Shown: positions 10,556 through 19,993, numbered from the stretch's first letter. The stretch: 64,000 bases of DNA from an uncultured Candidatus Saccharibacteria bacterium (GCA_964618905.1 CAZUDK010000001.1:92614-156613), one strand, 5' to 3'. Notes: a model not told the origin generated them from the letters alone. A program made the numbers and translations.

Positions 10556-11773
10556 CTATTCCTCTTCTGCAAGTTTGCGTAGTGCCAAGCCTATAGCCAC
10601 GGCAAATTCCGGACCGGTCTCCTTCAAAACTTTTTCCAAGAAAGCAGGAGTAGCTAGCTTTGAAAATGGATTACCAAGCTCTACGTCGGTTTTGAAATTA
10701 TTTTTAGCAAGTTCTATAAGCCCTTTAAGGTCTGCACCGCCTCCGACAAGCAATACCTTAGAGACAGCCTTGTTGTATCTCTTCTCAAAAGAAAGGAGGG
10801 TTCTGTTCGCTTCTGCGAAAATATAATCAAGAGTCAGAGTAACTACATCTCGAAGACCCTTGTCTTCTCCGGCAGCACCGACTTCACGCTTCATTACTTC
10901 AGCTCGCTCATGGGATATGCCGAGTGATTTGGAAATATTCAAAGTGATATCCTGCGAACCGCGCGTTATTGTATGCGAAGACTTAATAACTCCTCTCTCG
11001 ACAATATAAATTTTAGTAGAAGCAGCACCCATATCCATGATCATTACAGGAGATAGACTCTGGTCTAGTACCGAGCGCATAGTACTGAATATTTCTATCT
11101 CGAAGAAGCCGGCTTCTATGCCAGATTTTGTAACTATCTCCTGATACTTAGTGATGGTATCGCGATGTATTGCCACCACCAGCACATCTATATTCGGAAT
11201 GTTCGGTGCGGCCGGCTTGGCAGCAGGACCTTGTCCTGAAGCTGGTACGATTTTATCTTGCCCCCACTTGTCTCCGCTGATATTCCTATCTTCCGGCTTA
11301 ACTTCATCCTTCGGTATAAGAGACCAGTCGAGCATTACCTCAGAAATAGGCACAGGAATATACTTGCGCGCCTCTATAGGTATCATGGTCGCAAGCTGCT
11401 TGCTGGGAACCTTCGGCATCTCCATCACCGCCATCAGACTCGAAGAAAATGGTATAGAAAGTCCTGCCTTTCGGGTAGTAACATTAACCTCTTTCTCTTT
11501 CATAAGGTCGCTAAGAGCCTGAGCTAGCTTATCTGTCGGCAAAGAGACTGCCTGTCCTATAACAGCTCCTCCATACGGGCCGAGAGAGAGTTCGCCGTAT
11601 GTCTCAAGAACAGCTTGGCCGTTCTTTTTTTTGATCTGAACAACCTTTATTGCCGAAGAACCGATGTCAATTCCAATGACACTAGGTTCATCCTTTTTAA
11701 AAAGATTTAAAAGATCTGAAAAAAATGTCATATTTATAGAAATTATATCATGGAGAAGACAAGTATATTGCAC
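10556..11773 (-). CDS. pilM: PilM (actin-like ATPase-fold pilus assembly protein)
   Basis: VIGIDIGSSAIKVVQI actin-like phosphate-1 motif; ~390 aa. The likely true start is the internal MTFFSD... (~11731), which avoids overlap with the divergent comFC. Confidence 0.8.
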   Translation of the reverse strand: MQYTCLLHDIISINMTFFSDLLNLFKKDEPSVIGIDIGSSAIKVVQIKKKNGQAVLETYGELSLGPYGGAVIGQAVSLPTDKLAQALSDLMKEKEVNVTTRKAGLSIPFSSSLMAVMEMPKVPSKQLATMIPIEARKYIPVPISEVMLDWSLIPKDEVKPEDRNISGDKWGQDKIVPASGQGPAAKPAAPNIPNIDVLVVAIHRDTITKYQEIVTKSGIEAGFFEIEIFSTMRSVLDQSLSPVMIMDMGAASTKIYIVERGVIKSSHTITRGSQDITLNISKSLGISHERAEVMKREVGAAGEDKGLRDVVTLTLDYIFAEANRTLLSFEKRYNKAVSKVLLVGGGADLKGLIELAKNNFKTDVELGNPFSKLATPAFLEKVLKETGPEFAVAIGLALRKLAEEE

Positions 11774-12439
11774 AAAATAACAAACATGCTGATAGGAATC
11801 AGTAATGCTTGTCTTGATTTCCTGTTTCCAAGAAAACCCGAAGTCTTAAACTTGGAATCATTTTCATCCGGAGAGCTTTTATCCATCCTCTCCCCCGCCA
11901 CAGCAGAAGAAGACGAAAGTGTCATAGCGCTCTTCGACTATAAAGATTCACTGGCTCGCGATATGGTATGGGAATTAAAATACGGCGGTAACAGAAAGAT
12001 TGCTGAGAAGCTCGGAGCCGCCATATACGATACCATTTGTGATGAACTCTATGAAAAAGGCTTGCTCAAAGTTGATACTAGACCTGTCATTGTCCCAATA
12101 CCTATTTCAGATAGGCGAAGATTCGAGAGAGGCTGGAATCAAACCGAACTTCTAGCCGAAGCAGTTAAAAAATGTGACGAAGATATGAGATTTAAATATC
12201 TTCCTCGGCAACTTGTTAAGTTTGTGCACACTGAAAGCCAGACCCAAACTTCCGGCCGGGCCGAGCGCGAAGAAAATATAAAAAACTCAATGCGCGTCCT
12301 AAACCCTTCCAAAGTAGAGGGTCGACACATAATTCTTATTGATGATGTATGCACTACAGGCGCAACATTCAAAGAAGCCAAGCGAGCGCTCAAGGAAGCC
12401 GGAGCAGCGCAGATTCTATGTGTGGCAATAACTCACTGA
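11750..12439 (+). CDS. comFC: ComF-family competence protein (ComFC, PRTase-like)
   Basis: C-terminal PRTase signature HIILIDDVCTTGATFKEAKRALKEAGA; central PIP..RRRFERGWNQTELLA motif typical of ComF; N-terminal FLFP zinc-finger region is degenerate. Confidence 0.75.
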   Translation: MEKTSILHKITNMLIGISNACLDFLFPRKPEVLNLESFSSGELLSILSPATAEEDESVIALFDYKDSLARDMVWELKYGGNRKIAEKLGAAIYDTICDELYEKGLLKVDTRPVIVPIPISDRRRFERGWNQTELLAEAVKKCDEDMRFKYLPRQLVKFVHTESQTQTSGRAEREENIKNSMRVLNPSKVEGRHIILIDDVCTTGATFKEAKRALKEAGAAQILCVAITH

Positions 12440-12454
12440 ACAGCAAACCCTTAA

Positions 12455-12859
12455 CTATCTGGTTCTAAGGAGAGTATTAACCATGATAATGTTTTCGATA
12501 TCGAATTCTGCCCAGTCAGAATCATCTACTTCGTCTTCGGGCCTTAGCCTGCCTGTAACAGCAATGGTATCCTCTGCCTTCAAATCAGTATTGGCATCCT
12601 GAATACGGCTAATATCTAAAGCATAATACTTGCCGTCTCGGCTTTTCACTCCGAGTATGCAGCCGCGAGGAGGAGCCTCGCCAGATTTCAAAGGAAGACA
12701 GGTAAACGAACCAGTAATGATGACCGTTCTGTCTATCTCATTATTTAGGACATTTCCCCAGCCCTTATACAAAAGAAAGCCGAATATAAGCACAGCTGCA
12801 ACAGCAGAAATTATGATCGCCCTTCTTTGTTTTACTCCTTCTGGTGAAAAATCATTCAT
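12455..12859 (-). CDS. hypothetical membrane-anchored protein
   Basis: 134 aa ORF, one N-terminal TM segment; no family recognised. Confidence 0.4.
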   Translation of the reverse strand: MNDFSPEGVKQRRAIIISAVAAVLIFGFLLYKGWGNVLNNEIDRTVIITGSFTCLPLKSGEAPPRGCILGVKSRDGKYYALDISRIQDANTDLKAEDTIAVTGRLRPEDEVDDSDWAEFDIENIIMVNTLLRTR

Positions 12860-12927
12860 AAAAACATTATACCAATTTTATAATCTGGAAACACTATCAC
12901 AATTAAAAGAGAAAATGTACCCCAAAT

Positions 12928-13272
12928 TTAGCCAAGCTTCTTAAGCAGAACACTGACGTGCGAGTGCTCAAGATCTTTGACGGCACTCACTAAAGTAACT
13001 TTCTTCTTACCTTTTATTGCTGCTTTAAACTCGGTAAGAGATTTGGATTCTGCAAGCTCCGCGCGATACTTTTTGGAAAATTCAGTGAAGCGCCCCTCCC
13101 TATCTTTGTGATACCACTGCCTAAGTTTCGCAGAGGGAGTTATATCCTTGGCCCACAAGTCTATCTTTGCTTCTGCTTTGCTAACTCCCCGCGGCCACAG
13201 CCTGTCGACCAGCACGCGATAGCCGTCACTTGCTTCCGCTTTCTCGTATGCTCTCTTAGCAGATATTTTCAT
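12928..13272 (-). CDS. DUF488 family protein (YeaO-like)
   Basis: RVLVDRLWPRGVSK...DLWAKDITPS..LRQWYHKD matches the DUF488 signature. Confidence 0.7.
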   Translation of the reverse strand: MKISAKRAYEKAEASDGYRVLVDRLWPRGVSKAEAKIDLWAKDITPSAKLRQWYHKDREGRFTEFSKKYRAELAESKSLTEFKAAIKGKKKVTLVSAVKDLEHSHVSVLLKKLG

Positions 13273-13355
13273 ATATGTCAGTTTTTAATAGGTTAACTAA
13301 TCAGCTTCTATTATATAGGAAAGATAAGTAAAATATGCTAAATTATCGAAGAATT

Positions 13356-13441
13356 GGAGACGTGGCTGAGTGGTCGAAAGCGCCTCACTGCTAACGAGGT
13401 AGGGTGTAAAAGCTCTCCAGGGTTCGAATCCCTGCGTCTCC
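13356..13441 (+). tRNA. tRNA-Ser (anticodon GCU)
   Basis: Hand-folded cloverleaf: acceptor GGAGACG/CGTCTCC, anticodon loop CUGCUAA, long variable arm, T-loop GGTTCGAATCC, discriminator G; CCA not encoded. Confidence 0.8.
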
Positions 13442-13467
13442 GCAACGATTTGCAAGAAAGACCTAAA
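13426..13467 (+). repeat. 42-bp direct repeat, copy 1 (3' 16 nt of tRNA-Ser plus downstream terminator hairpin)
   Basis: GAATCCCTGCGTCTCCGCAACGATTTGCAAGAAAGACCTAAA is identical to 13604..13645. Confidence 0.85.
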
Positions 13468-13603
13468 CGGTCTTTTGAGCAAAGCGTAGTAGAAGAGTGT
13501 AGCTGGGATTCGAAAGGCGGAGCCAGAGCAATGCGAAGCATTGCAGATTGGCGAGCCCGGGCAGGGGCCACTTATGAGCGAAGCGAATTAGTGAGCTGAC
13601 GCC

Positions 13604-13645
13604 GAATCCCTGCGTCTCCGCAACGATTTGCAAGAAAGACCTAAA
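13604..13645 (+). repeat. 42-bp direct repeat, copy 2 (orphan tRNA-Ser 3' fragment plus terminator hairpin)
   Basis: Exact copy of 13426..13467; not preceded by a complete tRNA. Confidence 0.85.
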
Positions 13646-13698
13646 AAGTCTTTCTGTCTCCGGCTTCGCCTTAGCTCTGCTATACTGACCTCATACAA

Positions 13699-15906
13699 AT
13701 GAGTCCGGAAACTAAGCTTAAAGATTTCTCACGTCTTAACCCTTTTCAAGAGAAAGCTCTTAAGAAGCTGGGTCTGGAAACTGTAGAAGACCTCCTATAT
13801 CACTTCCCTGCTCGCTACGCAGACACGGCGGATGTGAAGAATATTGCAGACTTAGAGAAAGGTGAGAAAGCAGTAGTCTTCGGCAAGCTCTCCAAATTAA
13901 AGACAGCAAAAGCATTTAGAAAAAAAATTCCACTATCCGAAGCATATCTTGAGGATGATACCGGCAAAATCAAGATAGTCTGGTTCTATCAAGCATACCT
14001 AGCCAAGATGCTCGAAGAAGGCTCGCATGTAAGAGTCGAAGGAAAAGTGAGCGAGAGGGCCGGCGAACTGTACTTCTCGAACCCAAAAGTCGAGAGCGCG
14101 CCGACTCTCTTCGCGCAAGGCAGATCAGACATTCTATATCCTGTGTATCCCGAGGCTCGAGGCATCAGCTCGGACTGGCTGTACCACAAAATAGAGCGCA
14201 TCCTCGCTGCTAAAGTTCTCGACGAGCTCGAAGATGTCATACCTCAGGAAATTTTAGAAAAATATTCTCTCCCCTCGCTGAAGTCTGCACTTATTTATAT
14301 ACACACTCCGCAGAAACTTTCGGATGCTGAAGCTGCCAGAAAAAGATTTGCCTTCCAAGAAATCTTTTTAATACAACTCGATAGACAAAGAGAGAAACAG
14401 GAATTCAGAAGAAAGGAAGCATTCATCATAGACAAGGACTCCACTGATATAAAAAATTTCATAGAGCGCTTCCCTTTCAAAGCGACCGGCGCGCAGAATA
14501 AAGCCATTGACCAAATACTGGCGGATTTTAAAAAAGGCTATCCTATGACACGACTGCTTGAAGGTGATGTTGGCTCGGGTAAAACTGCTGTTGCCGCTAC
14601 TGCTGCATACGCCGTAGCAACTTCTAGGCCCAAAGGCCAGGACTTCGGCACGCTTCAGGTTGCCTACATGGCGCCGACAGAAATTCTCGCCCAACAGCAT
14701 TTTGAATCTTTCATTAATTTATTCAGACACTTGCCGATAAACATTGCTCTTATCACAGGGACAGGAGTGCGCAAATTTCCTTCAAAGGTAAATCCTGGTA
14801 GCTGGACAAGCATTTCCAAGAGCCAGCTTCTAAAGTGGGTTGCCAATGGCGAAATTTCCATAGTGATAGGCACTCACGCCCTCATTCAAAAGAACGTGAA
14901 GTTCAAGCACCTGGCGTTTGCCATCATCGACGAACAGCACCGCTTCGGCACAAAGCAAAGGCAGAAGCTCGCAGGCGGGCCCGCCTCGACTCGCGAAGGC
15001 TCGCCGACGCGAGGCGGGGAAGAGAATATCCCTCATCTTCTCTCTATGACGGCAACGCCTATCCCCCGCACTTTGGCTCTCACTCTTTACGGCAATCTTG
15101 ATCTTACTCTTCTCGACCAGATGCCTGCCGGCCGCAAACAGATACAGACAGAGATAATCGCACCCGAGAAAAGAGAGCGGGCTTACGAGAAGATGCGGCA
15201 AGAGCTTGCGGCCGGCAGGCAAATGTATGTAATCTGCCCGCGCATTGACCCGCCTCGCCTTGATGAGCAAGGGCGAGTCGAGGCGGGCGAACCCGATCCA
15301 AGCAAAGAAACTTCCATCCAAGCCAAATCTGTTAAAGAAGAAGCAAAAAGGCTCAAAAAAGAAATCTTCCCCGAATATGAGATCGGTATTCTCCACTCCA
15401 AGATGAAACCTGCGGAAAAAGAGAGTATTATGACCGACTTCAAGAACGGCAAAATAGATATTCTTGTTTCTACATCGGTAGTTGAAGTGGGAGTAAACGT
15501 AGAGAACGCTTCACTGATCATCATCGAAGGCGCGGAACGCTTCGGCCTCGCTCAGCTTCATCAGCTTCGCGGCCGAGTCCTGCGAGGCTCTCACCAGCCA
15601 TACTGCTTTATTTTCTCAGAGGGCAAATCGCAGAAAACTTTAGACAGGCTGGAAGCAATTAAAACCGCTAAAAACGGATTCGAACTTGCCGAATTCGACC
15701 TCTTGCAGAGAGGTGCAGGAGAGTTGAGCGGCAGCAGGCAATGGGGTATTTCCGACCTCGGCATGGAAGCTATAAAAAATATAAAGATGGTCGAGGCCGC
15801 CCGCACTGAAGCGACTAAACTTATAGAAAAAGATCCGGAGCTTAAAAAGCATCTACTGTTAAAAGAGAAGCTGACTGAAAGCTCTTCCAAAATTCATTTT
15901 GAATAA
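13699..15906 (+). CDS. recG: ATP-dependent DNA helicase RecG
   Basis: 735 aa; N-terminal wedge domain; helicase motifs GDVGSGKT, DEQHRFG, TATPIPRT; carries two in-frame GC-rich palindromic insertions. Confidence 0.9.
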   Translation: MSPETKLKDFSRLNPFQEKALKKLGLETVEDLLYHFPARYADTADVKNIADLEKGEKAVVFGKLSKLKTAKAFRKKIPLSEAYLEDDTGKIKIVWFYQAYLAKMLEEGSHVRVEGKVSERAGELYFSNPKVESAPTLFAQGRSDILYPVYPEARGISSDWLYHKIERILAAKVLDELEDVIPQEILEKYSLPSLKSALIYIHTPQKLSDAEAARKRFAFQEIFLIQLDRQREKQEFRRKEAFIIDKDSTDIKNFIERFPFKATGAQNKAIDQILADFKKGYPMTRLLEGDVGSGKTAVAATAAYAVATSRPKGQDFGTLQVAYMAPTEILAQQHFESFINLFRHLPINIALITGTGVRKFPSKVNPGSWTSISKSQLLKWVANGEISIVIGTHALIQKNVKFKHLAFAIIDEQHRFGTKQRQKLAGGPASTREGSPTRGGEENIPHLLSMTATPIPRTLALTLYGNLDLTLLDQMPAGRKQIQTEIIAPEKRERAYEKMRQELAAGRQMYVICPRIDPPRLDEQGRVEAGEPDPSKETSIQAKSVKEEAKRLKKEIFPEYEIGILHSKMKPAEKESIMTDFKNGKIDILVSTSVVEVGVNVENASLIIIEGAERFGLAQLHQLRGRVLRGSHQPYCFIFSEGKSQKTLDRLEAIKTAKNGFELAEFDLLQRGAGELSGSRQWGISDLGMEAIKNIKMVEAARTEATKLIEKDPELKKHLLLKEKLTESSSKIHFE
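14980..15018. repeat. GC-rich palindromic element copy (CCCGCCTCG-N21-CGAGGCGGG), in-frame inside recG
   Basis: Perfect 9-bp inverted repeat flanking 21 nt; 39 bp = 13 codons (encodes ..PASTREGSPTRGG..), located between helicase motifs II and III. Confidence 0.8.
15249..15287. repeat. GC-rich palindromic element copy (CCCGCCTCG-N21-CGAGGCGGG), in-frame inside recG
   Basis: Same 9-bp inverted repeat and 21-nt spacer geometry as 14980..15018; local GC is far above the gene average. Confidence 0.8.
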
Positions 15907-15952
15907 TTCTAAGATTGAAAAATAAAATCATTTGATATAATCTTTTGGCATC

Positions 15953-16026
15953 CCGCCCTTAGCTCAGTTGGTTAGAGCACAGAGCTTATATCTCTGCGGT
16001 CCTTGGTTCGAGTCCAAGAGGGCGGA
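15953..16026 (+). tRNA. tRNA-Ile with genomic anticodon UAU (reads AUA)
   Basis: 74-nt cloverleaf: acceptor CCGCCCT/AGGGCGG, D-arm GCTC-AGTTGGTTA-GAGC, anticodon stem CAGAG/CTCTG with loop CTTATAT (T at 34, A at 37), T-loop TTCGAGT. Confidence 0.7.
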
Positions 16027-16133
16027 CAAATTATCTGTGATGACAAGAATTGAATAAATGTGTATAACTTCCTACTTTAATACGGATGAGTTGGTAGAAT
16101 TATTTACAGTTAATTAATAGTTAATATTAGTTT

Positions 16134-16319
16134 ATGAAAATTCACAAAATTGCTTGGATTCTTCTCATTATAGGAGGCCTCAACTGGGGACTTGAAGTTC
16201 TTAACTACGGCATTGGTAACTATGTTTCTGGAACAGTAGCCAACGTAATCTACATCCTCGTAGCAGCTGCTGCAGTATACGAATTGTTTACTCACAAGAA
16301 AAACTGCAAGAACTGCTAA
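16134..16319 (+). CDS. DUF378 family small membrane protein
   Basis: WILLIIGGLNWGLEVLNYGIG matches the DUF378 (YuzA-like) signature; 61 aa with two TM helices. Confidence 0.7.
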   Translation: MKIHKIAWILLIIGGLNWGLEVLNYGIGNYVSGTVANVIYILVAAAAVYELFTHKKNCKNC

Positions 16320-16326
16320 CCTCGCT

Positions 16327-16366
16327 TAAAAAGCCGGCGGATTCGATTGAATCCGCCGGCTTTTTG
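16327..16366. terminator. bidirectional intrinsic terminator
   Basis: Perfect 12-bp stem GCCGGCGGATTC/GAATCCGCCGGC flanked by an A-run and a T-run, between convergent genes. Confidence 0.8.
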
Positions 16367-17134
16367 TTATGCTGCCTGCATATAGTTTTTGAAGAGAGAC
16401 TTTAACTTTTCTTTATCTTCTGACTTTCTGACCCCATAAGGATATTTCTTGCCTTGTTTGTCTATGAAAACCAGATTTCCCATCATATTAGTTTCCACCT
16501 TAGCTAAATTATTAAGAGGAATTGAAAAATTGGTCGGATGGGTATTTACAAGAGCCTGCAGACCTCCGGTGTTAAGAATTTTTTTGAATTTATTTTGAAG
16601 GTCATTGTAGGAAAACATCCAATTAAGCTGCTGAACTCCTAGTCCTTCCCCTATCGCTGCATCGCCGCCTGGTACAGGAATATAAATAAACCAAATATTT
16701 TTATCCGTAAGAACAATAGCATTCTCCGGAGCCTTCAACAGGCCCGCTCCTCCTATGGTAAGAGTTCCAGCCCTCATTCCGGTAGCCATTACTCCCGCGA
16801 CATAATCAACGATTGTCTCATCTAGCGCGACAGAGTTATTTACGGCAGTAGTAGTGGAAACGCCAGTCCTAGAGTTATTAAAAGCATTCATCATCCTCCT
16901 TCGGTTCCAAATCGTACCGACTGGTATGAGTATGCTTACCAAAACTATGCCCGCTCCAATGAGTTTTACTCCTCCAACAAAAAAGAAAAACAATCCGATT
17001 GCGACTCCTAAAACTGCTCCAAAGAAAGACTTGTAAACTGAATAAGCAGAAGAGACATTAGTGACTGTTTTCTCTATCTGATAGGTTTGTACTGAGCGCT
17101 GCTTTGACAAGAAATCTCCTATTGGATTTTCCAT
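16367..17134 (-). CDS. hypothetical membrane protein
   Basis: 255 aa, two TM helices in the N-terminal third; no family recognised. Confidence 0.45.
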   Translation of the reverse strand: MENPIGDFLSKQRSVQTYQIEKTVTNVSSAYSVYKSFFGAVLGVAIGLFFFFVGGVKLIGAGIVLVSILIPVGTIWNRRRMMNAFNNSRTGVSTTTAVNNSVALDETIVDYVAGVMATGMRAGTLTIGGAGLLKAPENAIVLTDKNIWFIYIPVPGGDAAIGEGLGVQQLNWMFSYNDLQNKFKKILNTGGLQALVNTHPTNFSIPLNNLAKVETNMMGNLVFIDKQGKKYPYGVRKSEDKEKLKSLFKNYMQAA

Positions 17135-17210
17135 ATTGTTAGGTTATTGAATCAATATCCTAAGTATACAGGAACACTCAATCTACTCACTAGCTTATCC
17201 ACCTTGGGAG

Positions 17211-19208
17211 TTACGCCTGATGCTCTATGTCTTTCTTCTTTTTGAGCGGTATGCTGTGCGCCACCAGTATGTCTTCGAACTCCTTCTGCTCTATAGTTTC
17301 CTTCTCAATAAGACGCACCGCTATTGCTTCTAACACTTTGTCGTGGCTTTTGATTATATCCTCCACTTTCTCCATGGCTTCGCTCATGATCTTTGATACC
17401 TCGGCATCTATTTCTGCACTGACTCTTTCCGAATATTCCTTGCTGCCGATTCCTGCTCCATAGAGTGGCTTGCCCTCAGGACCTTCGAGAGCCACCGGCC
17501 CCATCTTCTCGGACATGCCGTACTTGGTAACCATATTCCTGGCAAGAGCAGTGGAAACCTGCAAATCATTCGATGGGCCTGTTGTTAGGTCGTCGAACCT
17601 ATCTTTCTCAACCACATATCCGCCGAGAGCAACTGCAATATCATCTAAAAATTCTTTCTTTGACTGAAGCTTTTTGTCTTCCAAAGGAAGCTTGAGCACA
17701 TAGCCGGCAGCACGGCCACGTGAAATTATAGAAATTTTGTGCACTGGATCGGCATAAGGCAAGACACTGGCAACCAGAGCGTGACCAGCCTCATGATAGG
17801 CAGTAATCTCTTTCTCTTTCTTGGAAAGAATGTGGCTCCTGCGTTCCGGGCCGAGCATTACTTTTTCTATAGAGCGAATGAGGTCAAACTGAGCAACCTT
17901 GTTCCTGCCTTCTCTGGCGGCGAGAATTGCCGCCTCGTTCATAAGAGAATACAAATCTGCTCCGGAAAATCCCGGGGTGCGCTCTGCCACCAAGGCCAAG
18001 TTAACATCTTCGGCAAAAGGCTTCTTTCTGGCATGCAGGGTCAAGATCTCTTCCCTGTCTTTCCTGTCCGGCAGATCAAGAGTTACCCGCCTATCAAAGC
18101 GGCCCGGACGAAGGAGAGCAGGGTCAAGAACATCCGGCCTGTTGGTAGCTGCCATGACTATCACTTTTTCATTCGGCTCGAAGCCGTCCATCTCCACCAG
18201 AATTTGATTCAAGGTCTGCTCTCGCTCATCATTGCCTCCGCCGACGCCAGTTCCGCGCACTCGGCCGACTGCATCAATCTCGTCTACGAAAATAATTGCC
18301 GGAGCCATCTTCTTGGCCATGTCGAAGAGGTCTCTGACGCGGCTGGCCCCCACACCGACAAACATCTCCACGAACTCAGAACCGGAGATAGAAAAGAAGG
18401 CTACGCCGGCTTCGCCGGCGACGGCACGGGCAAGCAGAGTCTTGCCTGTGCCTGGAGCCCCCATCAGCAAAATACCTTTCGGAATCCTAGCTCCGATGTC
18501 TAAAAACTTCTTAGGATTTTTCAAAAAATCCACCACCTCCCTCAGCTCCTCCTTTGCTTCCTTGGCACCAGCCACATCTTTAAAAGTAATCTTCTGAGAT
18601 TTATCATCAGGAGATATCATCCGCGCCTTAGACTGTCCAAAAGAAAATGCTTGCATGCCAGCACCTTTAACCTGCCTCGATAGAAACCACAGGAAAAAGA
18701 CGATAAATATTATTGGCAAAAGAATAGGAGCAAGAGACGCAAACCAGAAGAAAAATCCTCGATTGCTTAGAACATCAATGGTTACATTTGAGAGTGCTTC
18801 AGGATTTATATCGTAGTTGGACAGAGTAGTTGTCAGGGCTGTGCCCTCTTCTTTTTTAGACAACTTCTTAGAACCATCTAAGTATGTTATTTCAAGGTCG
18901 TCTCCTTTGACAGCAATGCTCTCAACCTGTCCCGAAGAAATATCTCCTGCAAGTTCAGAAATGGCTATCTCCTCGCTCTTATCGACGTTGCTTGCAATAA
19001 AAGAATAAGAAGAGACGAGCAGCAGGAAAATTATTATAGCCAAAAGCCCCTGGCCCAAAGGATTTTGGCCGGAAGGTCCTCTGCCGCCTTTTTTCAAAAT
19101 TATTTTCTTTATGGGCTTTTTGATTTGGTTCTTTGAAGGAGTAGCTGGCTTGCGATTTCCTGGCATTTTGCTGGAGAGATAGAGGTTCATATACGGCGTA
19201 TTATACAA
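17211..19208 (-). CDS. ftsH: ATP-dependent zinc metalloprotease FtsH
   Basis: Two TM segments; AAA+ Walker [21 protein letters not shown]; SRH; HEAGHAL zinc motif. Confidence 0.95.
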   Translation of the reverse strand: MYNTPYMNLYLSSKMPGNRKPATPSKNQIKKPIKKIILKKGGRGPSGQNPLGQGLLAIIIFLLLVSSYSFIASNVDKSEEIAISELAGDISSGQVESIAVKGDDLEITYLDGSKKLSKKEEGTALTTTLSNYDINPEALSNVTIDVLSNRGFFFWFASLAPILLPIIFIVFFLWFLSRQVKGAGMQAFSFGQSKARMISPDDKSQKITFKDVAGAKEAKEELREVVDFLKNPKKFLDIGARIPKGILLMGAPGTGKTLLARAVAGEAGVAFFSISGSEFVEMFVGVGASRVRDLFDMAKKMAPAIIFVDEIDAVGRVRGTGVGGGNDEREQTLNQILVEMDGFEPNEKVIVMAATNRPDVLDPALLRPGRFDRRVTLDLPDRKDREEILTLHARKKPFAEDVNLALVAERTPGFSGADLYSLMNEAAILAAREGRNKVAQFDLIRSIEKVMLGPERRSHILSKKEKEITAYHEAGHALVASVLPYADPVHKISIISRGRAAGYVLKLPLEDKKLQSKKEFLDDIAVALGGYVVEKDRFDDLTTGPSNDLQVSTALARNMVTKYGMSEKMGPVALEGPEGKPLYGAGIGSKEYSERVSAEIDAEVSKIMSEAMEKVEDIIKSHDKVLEAIAVRLIEKETIEQKEFEDILVAHSIPLKKKKDIEHQA

Positions 19209-19269
19209 GTAAGACGGATATACTCAAATTTTGGTATTATTTACCCTATAAACTTTTTACCTACGCATT

Positions 19270-19524
19270 ATGCAGTATGTATATGTATTGCAAAGCAAAG
19301 AGGATAATGATTTTTATATTGGCTGTACTAGAAACCTCAAGGATAGACTGAGGCTGCATAATGCAAAGAAAGTTGCTTCTACCAAAAAGCGAGTTCCGTT
19401 TGTGTTAATTTACTACGAAGCATATATTGATAGTAAAGATGCATACCAGCGAGAGATGTTTTTAAAAACTGGCTGGGGTAGAAATCATCTTCGCAAAACA
19501 TTAAGCAACTTTCTTAATAGGTAA
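19270..19524 (+). CDS. GIY-YIG nuclease-domain small protein (paralog 1)
   Basis: YVYVLQS...DFYIGCTRNLKDRLRLHN GIY-YIG core motif; 84 aa. Confidence 0.7.
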   Translation: MQYVYVLQSKEDNDFYIGCTRNLKDRLRLHNAKKVASTKKRVPFVLIYYEAYIDSKDAYQREMFLKTGWGRNHLRKTLSNFLNR

Positions 19525-19543
19525 AAAAGTTTTTAGGGTCAAC

Positions 19544-19987
19544 ATGCCAAATCTAGCTGATAATCCGCGAGCCAAATTTGATTACGAGATTCTGTCTCGC
19601 TTCACTGCAGGCATCGAGCTTCTTGGCTTTGAAGTCAAAGCTGTTCGCCAAGGCAAAATGAATCTGAAAGGCTCTCATGTATCCATAAGAGGTGATGAAG
19701 CTTTTTTGATTGGAGCAAGTATATCCCCCTACCAGCCTGCAAACACTCCAGAAGGATACGAACCTGAACGCACACGCAAACTCCTCTTGTCCAAGAAAGA
19801 AATAAAAGAACTTGCAGAGGCTGAAGACACTAAGGGTTTGACAATAGTGCCTATTTCAGTGTATAATAAAGGCAGATTTCTGAAGGTGGACATCGCCATA
19901 GCGCGCGGAAAAAAGAAATTTGATAAGCGCGAATCGATAAAAAAGCGAGACATCGAGAGGGATATAAAAAGAACTTTGAAAAGATAA
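19544..19987 (+). CDS. smpB: SsrA-binding protein SmpB
   Basis: 147 aa; conserved FDYEILSRFTAGIELLGFEVKAVR core; basic C-terminal tail; immediately upstream of ssrA. Confidence 0.9.
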   Translation: MPNLADNPRAKFDYEILSRFTAGIELLGFEVKAVRQGKMNLKGSHVSIRGDEAFLIGASISPYQPANTPEGYEPERTRKLLLSKKEIKELAEAEDTKGLTIVPISVYNKGRFLKVDIAIARGKKKFDKRESIKKRDIERDIKRTLKR

Positions 19988-19993
19988 CGTGGT

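Noticed and set aside
14295-15524. Multiple minus-strand ORFs within recG
   Set aside because: Antisense to a conserved helicase; the longest ones coincide with the GC-rich palindromic insertions that keep frames open
17227-18597. Several plus-strand ORFs (up to 254 aa) inside the ftsH region
   Set aside because: They are antisense to a strongly conserved gene, have no motifs and show a low-complexity Ser/Ala-rich composition typical of shadow ORFs
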